Positions 1 through 8,877 of a stretch of 64,000 nucleotides of DNA are shown here, one piece after another. Position 1 is the stretch's first letter, and each line of letters starts with the position of its first letter. This stretch comes from an uncultured virus (IMG/VR IMGVR_UViG_3300028048_002585). Its lineage: Duplodnaviria > Heunggongvirae > Uroviricota > Caudoviricetes. Made by a program: the position numbers and the translations under genes. The stretch lies in the IMG/VR virus record IMGVR_UViG_3300028048_002585; one strand, written 5' to 3'. The notes below the pieces were generated by a model. That model worked only from the letters and a program-made list of their open reading frames with translations. It made no database searches and was not told the origin of the DNA.

Positions 1-121
1 TGCCGGGAACTGTTAAATCAGAGCACCTTTCAGATGCTGACAGAACAAACAAATGTGACGGTCTTGAAAAAAGTTTGTTGAGCACAAAATTTACGTCTTG
101 ACAAAGGTCACTTCATAACAG
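1..121 (+). mobile_element. Possible right end of an inserted element (IS110-like non-coding end) interrupting the downstream gene
   Basis: The downstream reading frame with its repeat motif continues back to ~123, then loses motif similarity (in-frame TGA at 99-101). A TTGACA hexamer sits ~20 bp from the junction, as in IS110-family right ends. No transposase is in the window. Confidence 0.4.
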
Positions 122-122
122 T

Positions 123-926
123 CATTATCTGAAGTATGGAATAAGGGAAGGAAGAGCTGCCAGCAGCACCTATAGCGTAAATGTTTATAAAAGCATCTAC
201 TCAGATTTGCAGATCGCATACGGTAATAACAATGCTTCGTATGTTGAGCATTATATCAGATGGGGCTATAAAGAAAACAGAGTTGCTTCTGCTGATTATT
301 ATGCTCCTGTATTTAATGCGAAATATTATGCAGACAAATATAAAGATCTGAAAGCTGCTTTCGGATACGATGAAATACGTTTGTTCAGTCATTTTATCAA
401 TTATGGAATGCGTGAAGGCAGACAGGCATCTCCTGATTTCAATCAGGCAATATACAAGAAAAATTATGAAGATTTAAGAGATACTTTCGGAAATGACAAT
501 ACAAAATATTACCTGCACTATATAAAATACGGTGTCAGAGAAAAACGTAATGCCGTATCTCTTATTAAAAAACCTGAACCTCAACCGGAGCCTAAACCGG
601 TATGTAACCATGAATGGGTATGGCAAACACATGTTGAGACGGTTCATAAGTCCGAGCAGTATCTTGTCAGTGAGCCATGGGATGAGCCTGTATATGAAAA
701 TCACTCATTTTGTAATGGTTGCGGTACAGACCTGACTGCTACATATGGCGGTGCATTAACAGATGCGGGTGGTAGTCATCTTGATGCTTGTGGAACAGGT
801 TATCATTCAGGTAATGTACAGGTCGGTTCTATTCATCATGATGCGGTATATGACACTGATGAGTGGGATGAAGAGGTTGTAGTTAAGGATTACCAATATT
901 GTTCGATATGTGGTGTGAAAAAATAA
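123..926 (+). pseudogene. 5'-truncated surface/secreted protein with four H(Y/F)xxYGxxEGRxAS-type repeats, a PEPQPEP linker and a Cys/His-rich C-terminus
   Basis: ORF 207-926 continues upstream in frame as HYLKYGIREGRAAS from 123, with no proper start, RBS or signal peptide. Confidence 0.6.
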
Positions 927-1072
927 ATGCGTAATATAAATATCTATATGTAATAACAGAATAATATCCATGGTCAAACATGAGTTTGTCATTCTACTTA
1001 TCCCCTACTAAATGAGCTCCGATATTATTCTCGGAGCTCATGTTTCTTTTATACTGGAGTGAGGTGATTTAT

Positions 1073-1804
1073 ATGTATGTATTGGGGGAATTAATTGAAG
1101 ATAATGCGAAGTATTCAACTATCATTGCTGTGGTTCTTGCGATAATAAGTTATTTCGGATGGGATTACGTTACTACTATTATATACAACATCATTTTTTC
1201 GGTTGCTGTTTATAATCTTGTTCCGGATAAAAACCTTGTATACGCTCTCTTATTTTCTTCGCTCCTGTTTGGTTTTGTAAACACCCTTTCAAATGGTGAT
1301 ATCGGTCCGTTTGAAGATGCCCTTCCTACTGTCGCTATGTTTGTGCGTGCAGCTGCTTATATTTTTATCTGGGGTTATTGGGGAATATCTATACTCAACC
1401 GTTATCTGTTTCCGGGAGGAATATTTGATCATCCGGTACTTATATATAGTGTATGGTTAGCCATTACCTTCATCATACCTATAAGTTCATGCAGGGTTTA
1501 TCACATGTATCTTCTCGATATAGATCATCATCATATTTATTCTTTTCCGGCTTTTGTTACTTATCCGATCTACCTGTGCAGAATTTCTGCATTGATATAT
1601 GTGACAGGTTCGGTGATCAGCCATATGAACGTGTCTCATGATATTAAAGGATATATCATAGAACATTGGTCTGACGTGTTTTTCTCTGTTCCGTTTATCG
1701 TGTTCTGTATTCTTTCGATAGGCACTGTACTCAACTGCCTGATCAGATGGATATCCAGTTATCGTTATTATGCGTATGAGAGAAAAGCAAAATTAAAGGA
1801 ATAA
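1073..1804 (+). CDS. Multi-pass membrane protein, unknown function
   Basis: Several hydrophobic segments; GAGGTG RBS before ATG 1073. Confidence 0.75.
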   Translation: MYVLGELIEDNAKYSTIIAVVLAIISYFGWDYVTTIIYNIIFSVAVYNLVPDKNLVYALLFSSLLFGFVNTLSNGDIGPFEDALPTVAMFVRAAAYIFIWGYWGISILNRYLFPGGIFDHPVLIYSVWLAITFIIPISSCRVYHMYLLDIDHHHIYSFPAFVTYPIYLCRISALIYVTGSVISHMNVSHDIKGYIIEHWSDVFFSVPFIVFCILSIGTVLNCLIRWISSYRYYAYERKAKLKE

Positions 1805-1856
1805 ATGAAAAAGAAAAAACTTGCAAATGATATTTAAAATACCATGATTAGAACCT

Positions 1857-1892
1857 AATAGGGTGGTCTGAATTGACCATCCTATTTTTTTT
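1857..1892 (+). terminator. Intrinsic terminator
   Basis: AATAGGGTGGTC/GACCATCCTATT hairpin followed by a T-run. Confidence 0.75.
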
Positions 1893-1893
1893 G

Positions 1894-2276
1894 CGTCAAT
1901 CTGCCGTTTATTTGTAATGCGTCAGTATACATGACGTTTCAACTTTTACCCAAGTTGGGCAGAAGTTAGTTATTCGTTCTTCCGGAATCTTTCCGCTCTG
2001 CCTCAAGAGATATTTAAATCTGACGCACGTTCTATCCTGTATATATATGTCATTTTGTATTATACGTCACTTTATTTGACGTTTATTATATTAATAATAC
2101 ATCAGTTTCCTGCAATTTAGCGTCAGTTTTGTCGTTTTACCTGATATTTGCATATATTTTTACGTCAGTTTATATGACGTATTTTCATACTTATTTCCGT
2201 ATTTTGTTCCTTATTATGCGTCAGTTTTGTATCTGTTTTAATATTTAGCAGGTGTTTTACGTCATTTATATTGACG
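1894..2276. repeat. Array of CGTCA-N7-TGACG palindromes and half-sites (~98-bp period); putative protein-binding or centromere-like region
   Basis: Full palindromes at 1920, 2065, 2163, 2260; half-sites at 1894, 2021, 2121, 2219; no ORF. Confidence 0.75.
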
Positions 2277-2677
2277 CTGTTTGTCTTTTCTATGATCCAG
2301 AGGAATATTGATACACTGGCTATCCATTATCCATATTTGAGGTTCGTTAATTACATCTGGTTATGATATGCGGACACATCGTTGAACTCTGTGGTTTTTA
2401 AATGGATTTATGTGCCCATGATTACTATTTTGCCATGCATTTTTCGGTCTATTCTTTCTCTTATTCGGACATTTTAGACGTTTAACAATTTACTTTTCGT
2501 CAGAGGGATGTACTATTTTAAGTACATAAAGTATATACATACTATACTTGGTGTACTTTTTTGGGTACGCTTTTTTAATTTCATGTTTTTTTTGTCACAT
2601 ATCTGTTCCTGTCATATCCTTCATAAATCAAAGAAAAAGCCCATCGGATACACAATGTATCGATGGACTTAATTCTT

Positions 2678-4906
2678 TTAACTTCTTGAGAATTTCTTGA
2701 AGAGTTTTGAAAGCTCTTCATCAAGCTGTGCAAGTTCGCATATGACGTAGTCTTTCTCATACATTTTCTTAAAAGTACCTGCATCACATCCTATGCGTCC
2801 TTCCTCGAAATATATAGAAAATACTTTTATGCCATTCTTCCTTGCCGCCTGTACCGCTCTCTTAACATGACTTGGATCTCCGGGAGCTCCATCCGAAAGG
2901 ATTACGAGCATCTTCTTTGATTCTGATCTTGAAAGCAGTTCTTTTGTTGCTATCTCTATGTCGTAGCCGTCTTCGTTACCGCAGCCTTCTCTGCCATGCA
3001 GACAGAAATTCCAACAGCAGTTCTTTCTGAGTGATTCTTCCCAGCCTTTGACAGTCTCATGGATAATTTCTCCAGATGAATCAAATGCCGTGATCTTGAT
3101 AGGTATCAGACCTTTAAATCCCTCTTCTATGATCGCCGCAGCCTTACATGCTTCTATCCTCTTGTTTCCACTCATGGAACCGGAATTATCGATCAGTATG
3201 TAAGCACAGCCATCGAATTTCTTGTCTTTGCCCTTCTTTCGGAATATTTCCGTATCTCCCATCCCAAGTCCGTAGATAAGGGAAGGATCTACTATACCCG
3301 AATCGAGGTGACTTACGTTCGGCGTTGAAAGGCTTTTGAAGTACCTTTTGTTCTTCCGGTACATCGCCCTGCCTCTGGCTTCCAGAACAGGTGGAAGATT
3401 ATCTGTAAGCCTGTATTCTCTTTTAAGTTCTACAAAGCCCCAGTCTCCTACGATCTTTCTGACAGATTCGGGATTTAACGGATCGTCTTTATCAGGTACC
3501 TCTTTCTGCGTGCTCTTACGCTCATGTGTATCATGCATGTTGATCGTTTCACACATTTCCGCAGCGTTTTCACGGGATTCTTCAGCTGCCATCTTTGCTT
3601 CTTCGATTACTTTTGAATAAGCATCTTCGACGGCATCCTTGTCTCCGGTTATGTTTTCCACATCTTTTCCTTTACTTGATGTCCTATTTTTGTTCTGCTT
3701 GGCGTTGGAAGAATTACTGCTCTTTTCAGATGTTCCTTCGGACGCTCCTTCAGGTGAACCTTCAGACGCATTGTCTTCAGAAGCATTTTCATCCGAACCG
3801 CCATCGGATTTAGGGTGTTCGCGTTTAACCATCGTGTCACCGTTTTCTGTTATCTTTCCCTCTTTTTCCAGCTTGTCGTATTCTTCATCAGGAAGCGTCA
3901 TAACAAGGTCGGACTGACCGAATAATGAATCCATGGATCCGTCGCCCTTTTCCTCTGTCCTTTCTGAAGAACCGCCTATTTCTGCGCTTCCGCCGTTAGA
4001 TTCGATCATTTTGGATCTGATCTCTTCTATAAGCTTTTCGAGAGCTTTCATCGCTGCTACCTGACCGGCTGCCATTCTGAACGCCTCATACATCAGCGGA
4101 GCAAGTGCCTTGCATAGCTCTATGCCCTGTGCTGCCATTCCTCTGCATGAAGGACTTGTAATAGCCTTGACTATGTACGGCATGTATGAATTGATCTCAT
4201 CCATAAGAGGTGTTCCTGAATAGGTCAAGAAAAAACCCGGGCTGAATAGCTGTGTAACTGAAAGCATGAGTATCTCATTTACGAGTATCCTCAGTTTCTC
4301 CGCAGCATCCAGCGTATTATATGGCCTAAATTTTTCTTCACCCTGTCTCCAGAACATCGCTCTGAAGTATTTCCTTAGTTTTTTAAACCCCGGATATTTC
4401 TTTGAACGAATGATCTCGATACGTCCGTCCTCTAATGAATTTAAAATACCTGCACATATCTGGTCTACTATGCGCCAGTTTACGTAGATTCCTCTGTCTG
4501 CGAGTTCTTCTACATACTTCTGATAATCCCTGTCGTTTCTGAAACGTTTTCCGGGATCCTCAACGGAGGCAATATACTCAAGAACTGATTCCTTGCCTCT
4601 CATAATGCCCCACCCGTATGATTTATTATTGGTTGACAGGTGGTGCTGAATCTCATGACCAAGAGCGAATGTGGTGGCCATCTGAAATTCTTCTTCGGTA
4701 GTGCATTCAAACGTTTTTACAATACCGAGATATCCGAGATGTATCTCATTTCTGACATGATATAATTCTTCATCAGGAAAGAATCCTATCTCGGGGCAGT
4801 TCTGAGCTGTTGTGCTGTGCTCTATCTCTGCCTGAAGTTTAACGCTTCGAAGAAGTCTTTTTGCTATTTTCTCGGACTCTTCCGCGTTTAAGAGATTTTT
4901 TGCCAT
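2678..4906 (-). CDS. vWA-domain protein (CobT/NorD-like partner of a MoxR AAA+ ATPase) with N-terminal HExxH motif
   Basis: MIDAS motif LIDNSGSM, later LVILSDG; GHEIQH and LNSLEDGRIE near the N-terminus; acidic linker. Confidence 0.85.
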   Translation of the reverse strand: MAKNLLNAEESEKIAKRLLRSVKLQAEIEHSTTAQNCPEIGFFPDEELYHVRNEIHLGYLGIVKTFECTTEEEFQMATTFALGHEIQHHLSTNNKSYGWGIMRGKESVLEYIASVEDPGKRFRNDRDYQKYVEELADRGIYVNWRIVDQICAGILNSLEDGRIEIIRSKKYPGFKKLRKYFRAMFWRQGEEKFRPYNTLDAAEKLRILVNEILMLSVTQLFSPGFFLTYSGTPLMDEINSYMPYIVKAITSPSCRGMAAQGIELCKALAPLMYEAFRMAAGQVAAMKALEKLIEEIRSKMIESNGGSAEIGGSSERTEEKGDGSMDSLFGQSDLVMTLPDEEYDKLEKEGKITENGDTMVKREHPKSDGGSDENASEDNASEGSPEGASEGTSEKSSNSSNAKQNKNRTSSKGKDVENITGDKDAVEDAYSKVIEEAKMAAEESRENAAEMCETINMHDTHERKSTQKEVPDKDDPLNPESVRKIVGDWGFVELKREYRLTDNLPPVLEARGRAMYRKNKRYFKSLSTPNVSHLDSGIVDPSLIYGLGMGDTEIFRKKGKDKKFDGCAYILIDNSGSMSGNKRIEACKAAAIIEEGFKGLIPIKITAFDSSGEIIHETVKGWEESLRKNCCWNFCLHGREGCGNEDGYDIEIATKELLSRSESKKMLVILSDGAPGDPSHVKRAVQAARKNGIKVFSIYFEEGRIGCDAGTFKKMYEKDYVICELAQLDEELSKLFKKFSRS

Positions 4907-4950
4907 ATCATTTCTCCTTTCAAGAAAAGCGGCCCGAAGGCCGCTCTCTT

Positions 4951-6657
4951 TTACATATCAAATATTGTAGTGGCTGTGGCGAACAGCGACTCCCGTTCGT
5001 CAACAGGGCACGTATTGATCACCGCATCCTGTACAGCACGCTTTAAGGACTTATATCCGTCTGACTCCACTACCGTAGTGATGGCACGGACAAATCCTCT
5101 GATGTTCAGTACCGCATTGCTGATATCTCCCGCTTTTACGGCACTTCTGCAGTGCTTATAGAATTGCTCGCACTGTACCAGAAGCTTGTTGTCTATCTCT
5201 GCATCGTATCCGTTCTTCTTCAGTTCGGATGCAACAGCTACTTTCAACTGCTCCTTAATAGTCTCCGGCTGTTCGAAGACCATACAGTTAAATCGGCTCA
5301 TCGTAGCCTCGTTCTGCTGTTCTACGCCTTCGTAGTCAGCATTCTGAGTACCACAGAGTACACAATCAGGATTTACAGGCACCTCTCCTCTTCCCGGAAT
5401 GAACAGGAATCCCGTTCCGTCCAGAAGCTGGTTTGAGAAGCTGGCAAAAAAGTTGCTTTCAGCCATGTTCATCTCGTTGAATACCATCAATCCTCCATCA
5501 ACAAGCCAGTCATAAAGCTCCGACTGATCTATTATGATGTTGACAGACTGTGCCTGAGCCGCTTTAAGCTCAAGATCCGCTACGGCACGCTTCATCTCGT
5601 CTCTCTTTGCAATCAGACTATCGAGAGCCTCTCTCATCTTCTGATGTTCGGTTTCTCCTCTTCTTCTTGCAATTTCGAGCTTTCCTCCTCCCAGAAGGAG
5701 TGAAGAAAAATCACCTGACTTTACGCATTCATCTACAAGCAAAGCATATTCGTCTTCGGTAAATGACGCATTCTTGGATTTTTCGCACATAGCTTCGTAA
5801 TAACGCCTTGTCTGTGTGATACTCTCCTCAATCTCGGTCAGATTCTGTCTTGCTTCAGCTGCTGCCTTTGCCATCTCGGTCTTGAAATATTCTGCTGCCG
5901 AATTATCGGTGCTCTTTTCTCCATAGATCGAAGACGGGCTCATCTGCCTTGAAAATGTTATGAGATAGAGAGGCATGTTCATCAGCCATGCAAGTGTCTC
6001 AACAAAGACATTCTTTCCGACTGATTTCTCGCCTTCTTCTATAACGGCATAGCGGTCCATTGCGTAGCGGAGGCCATCCGCTATTTTTCCTTGCTCTCCT
6101 TTTTTCTTGGATGATGCAAGGTAAGGATCCTTGTAAAGAACCCTTAATTTGTGACTTGATTTATTATATTTACGCCACTTTTTCACGACTCTCTTTATAA
6201 GTGCCGTGTCACAGAGGTTTTCGAGCATTACCTTTATTCTTTCTTCCGCTCCCTCTGCGTCGATAATCCCTTCAGCCACTTTTTCATCCATAAATTCCCT
6301 GATTTCTTCAGGAATAGATGCAGTACCGGATAATATCTTCTTTCTTTCCTGCTCTACGAGCTCTCCTGAAATGATATTTCCATCGATGGTATTAAGGGTT
6401 ATCACATAATTGTCCGGGCTCTGTGCAAGATCGGCTATTTCAGCTTCACTCATGACATTGCCCTTATCATCGGTTATCTCTTTTACGAAGGCTATCTGAT
6501 TCGGTTTATCTTCCTTATCTATATAAACAGGAAAACGTCCCATGACCTTCTCTTTTCCGATGATTACTCTGGCTTTTACTCCATTACCTGCGTTAAGTGA
6601 ATCAACTACAGGTCCTCTGGCAGGACAGCCAGAGTTTGTTTGTGTTGTTATTCTCAT
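4951..6657 (-). CDS. MoxR/CobS-like AAA+ ATPase with a long helical insertion
   Basis: Walker A-like GEKSVGKN, Walker B-like LMVFNEMN, TQN and NEATMSRF motifs; adjacent to the vWA gene. Confidence 0.8.
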   Translation of the reverse strand: MRITTQTNSGCPARGPVVDSLNAGNGVKARVIIGKEKVMGRFPVYIDKEDKPNQIAFVKEITDDKGNVMSEAEIADLAQSPDNYVITLNTIDGNIISGELVEQERKKILSGTASIPEEIREFMDEKVAEGIIDAEGAEERIKVMLENLCDTALIKRVVKKWRKYNKSSHKLRVLYKDPYLASSKKKGEQGKIADGLRYAMDRYAVIEEGEKSVGKNVFVETLAWLMNMPLYLITFSRQMSPSSIYGEKSTDNSAAEYFKTEMAKAAAEARQNLTEIEESITQTRRYYEAMCEKSKNASFTEDEYALLVDECVKSGDFSSLLLGGGKLEIARRRGETEHQKMREALDSLIAKRDEMKRAVADLELKAAQAQSVNIIIDQSELYDWLVDGGLMVFNEMNMAESNFFASFSNQLLDGTGFLFIPGRGEVPVNPDCVLCGTQNADYEGVEQQNEATMSRFNCMVFEQPETIKEQLKVAVASELKKNGYDAEIDNKLLVQCEQFYKHCRSAVKAGDISNAVLNIRGFVRAITTVVESDGYKSLKRAVQDAVINTCPVDERESLFATATTIFDM

Positions 6658-6666
6658 TTTTTCTTT

Positions 6667-6727
6667 CTCCTTTCGAGTGTCAATAATTTCATAACTATTA
6701 TGTATAAAAATGTCTCAATCAAAAAAA
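6667..6727 (-). promoter_or_regulatory. Class-1 promoter/leader module (T7-N18-CATAATA...ATTGACAC...AAGGAG)
   Basis: TATTATG at 6696-6702, A-tract 18 nt away at 6721; recurs at many genes. Confidence 0.7.
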
Positions 6728-6780
6728 GAGCAGGGTATTCCTGCATGAAACACCTTGCTCTTCTTTTTTTTATTCAGTTG

Positions 6781-7431
6781 TCATATACTACAGATCGCTC
6801 TGGACGGAATGCGGAATATATCCTCATCTTCCATTAGGAACAGGATCCCCAGTATTGCCGTAGGCACGGGACAGTAATCAGGATTTGCCGCTATATGCAG
6901 CTTTTTTACCTTTCCTATCGAATGTAAAACGCTCTCGTTTATTTCTCTCTGGATGATATCGGCTACAAAAACGACGGCATTTTCTTCACTCATATATTTA
7001 TGAACATCCGAAAATGTTATGCGCAGATACTCTCCGCCTTTTGTCACCATTTCCATGCCGTGAGGGACGTTTACCTCATCAAGGTCTTCTATCGCCCTGT
7101 CATATCTTACTGAAAATACAATGTTAGTGGCTGCATTAGAAGCCTTGTCACTGCTCTCTTCAGCAAACTGCGAGGCCAGATAGTCGAGGTAATCGATCTC
7201 TTTCAGTGCGCTTACCGCCATCTCGTTTATGTCGTCTTCTGTATATCCTTCATACAGCTCTCCGACATAAACAGTTCCCGGATTCATCGGCACTTTTGAT
7301 AAATCCTCATCCTCTTCTGTATTAAGCGTATAGAGGATGTTCTGCTCCCTGTTGTATAACAGGAAACATCGTGCTATCTCCCCGATTCTAAGGGAGTTTA
7401 CACTGTCCATTACCATTTCCATATTATTCAT
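6781..7431 (-). CDS. Hypothetical protein; C-terminal half is a divergent paralog of 8363-8773
   Basis: ORF with GGAGG RBS and class-1 module; aligned motifs VRYDR/VRFDR. Confidence 0.75.
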   Translation of the reverse strand: MNNMEMVMDSVNSLRIGEIARCFLLYNREQNILYTLNTEEDEDLSKVPMNPGTVYVGELYEGYTEDDINEMAVSALKEIDYLDYLASQFAEESSDKASNAATNIVFSVRYDRAIEDLDEVNVPHGMEMVTKGGEYLRITFSDVHKYMSEENAVVFVADIIQREINESVLHSIGKVKKLHIAANPDYCPVPTAILGILFLMEDEDIFRIPSRAICSI

Positions 7432-7438
7432 ATGTTTA

Positions 7439-7538
7439 TCCTCCCATAAAAAGTGTCAATAATTTCATAACTATTATGTATAAATACCAAAAGTGCAAAA
7501 AAAGAGCCGATACAAAATGTATCGACTCAATTTTTTTT
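7439..7538 (-). promoter_or_regulatory. Shared terminator hairpin plus class-1 promoter/leader module
   Basis: GAGCCGATAC/GTATCGACTC hairpin, A-tract 7497-7503, TATTATG 7472-7478. Confidence 0.7.
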
Positions 7539-7872
7539 ACCACCAGCCGCTTCTTTCCTCGTATTCGAGAGGTTCATAATCATCTCTCGTATCTGGCTCT
7601 TCAAGGTCTGTTTTTTCAAAGCCAAGCTTCTCAAGAACATAATCGTTATCGATATTCGGATCGATCCACCATTCTTCAAGGAGATTCTTTATATCACTGC
7701 TGTACTTATCAGCTATCTCTACTTGCTTATTGAGATAGTTATATACGTTATTTTCGGAAAGATATTCTCCATCGCCTTCACAGTAATAGCATGTTTCGCC
7801 GTCTACTATCTCTGTCCCGAATATGTCTTTTACAGTATATTCATTAGAATCATAATATAACCCTAAAAACAT
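7537..7872 (-). CDS. Acidic hypothetical protein
   Basis: 111-aa ORF, RBS AAGGGGGG, directly downstream of radC. Confidence 0.7.
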   Translation of the reverse strand: MFLGLYYDSNEYTVKDIFGTEIVDGETCYYCEGDGEYLSENNVYNYLNKQVEIADKYSSDIKNLLEEWWIDPNIDNDYVLEKLGFEKTDLEEPDTRDDYEPLEYEERSGWW

Positions 7873-7884
7873 ATTTACCCCCCC

Positions 7885-8349
7885 TTACATATATCCCATT
7901 TTAAGAAGGGATTGATATCTGTTTTTGCCTACCACTATATGATCAACAAGTTTTATTCCTACCATTTGGAGAGATTCTTTGATTTTTTTAGTGATTGCAA
8001 TATCAATATCGCTTGGTTCGGGGTCTCCGGACGGATGATTATGTACAAGAATGGCTGAAACAGCTCCTGCAAGAAGCGCTATCTGACAGGTTTCCCTTTC
8101 AGGCATTAATGAACGATCTATCGTTCCTTGAGAAATCATCGTAATGGAAAGCAGGTGAAATGCAGTATCCATCCAGAAGGCATAAACTCTTTCTTGTCCA
8201 AGTTGGTCTATTTTTATGCCTTTTGCTATTTCGTATACCTTGTCATCATCATCCATTTTGTTTTCTTCATAAACATACATATCAGTATCAGAATATTCAA
8301 GATATGGTCGGCCATTTTCCAGTAGAAGGGTTGTCTGTTTAATCTGCAT
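7885..8349 (-). CDS. radC: RadC-like JAB-domain protein
   Basis: ILVHNHPSGDPEPSDID and LVDHIVVG motifs; likely start MQIKQ at 8349. Confidence 0.9.
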   Translation of the reverse strand: MQIKQTTLLLENGRPYLEYSDTDMYVYEENKMDDDDKVYEIAKGIKIDQLGQERVYAFWMDTAFHLLSITMISQGTIDRSLMPERETCQIALLAGAVSAILVHNHPSGDPEPSDIDIAITKKIKESLQMVGIKLVDHIVVGKNRYQSLLKMGYM

Positions 8350-8362
8350 AAACTCACCCCCC

Positions 8363-8773
8363 TTATACTGGTAACGGAGCACACATAATGTTTTGGGGAA
8401 CATCAAAATGCGTGCCGTCACTGAAGAAAAACTGCATGTCGCTGATTTCTGTTACATTCGGCCTGTTTCCATTATTTTCTCCGGTATAGATAAAGATTTC
8501 CGTGAATCTCTTTATACTTTCGATAATCTTTTTTGTCAGGCCTTTTGATGGAATTTCCGAATAATCGGTATCCAGCTCAAATGCAACAAGTCTTACCGAA
8601 TCTGTATCCAGCCTGTATACAGACGTCTGCTTGAAATCGAAGAAAATTTCTTCTCCGCTCCCGATTATTGCAGAGTATGCTCCCGGTACGGGATAATACT
8701 TTGCAATGTCGAACATCCGGTCAAATCTGACCGTCATGCCGAGGCTTTCAACCTTTGGATTGCTTTTTTTCAT
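8363..8773 (-). CDS. Hypothetical protein
   Basis: AAGGAGG RBS before ATG 8773; class-1 module upstream. Confidence 0.75.
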   Translation of the reverse strand: MKKSNPKVESLGMTVRFDRMFDIAKYYPVPGAYSAIIGSGEEIFFDFKQTSVYRLDTDSVRLVAFELDTDYSEIPSKGLTKKIIESIKRFTEIFIYTGENNGNRPNVTEISDMQFFFSDGTHFDVPQNIMCAPLPV

Positions 8774-8780
8774 ATTGTTA

Positions 8781-8876
8781 TCCTCCTTATAAATGTCAAT
8801 AAATTCATCTATATTATGTACAAATAACGGAGGCATAAAAAAAAGAGCCGATACAATGTACCGACTCTCCTTTTTT
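8781..8876 (-). promoter_or_regulatory. Shared terminator hairpin plus class-1 promoter/leader module
   Basis: TATTATG 8812-8818, A-tract 8837-8844, leader AATTTATTGACATT. Confidence 0.7.
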
Positions 8877-8877
8877 A

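Noticed and set aside
2509..2570. Cluster of GTAC/TATAC words with a short inverted repeat TGTACT-N6-AGTACA (possible oriT or operator)
   Set aside because: Too short and AT-rich to distinguish from chance; no relaxase in the window.
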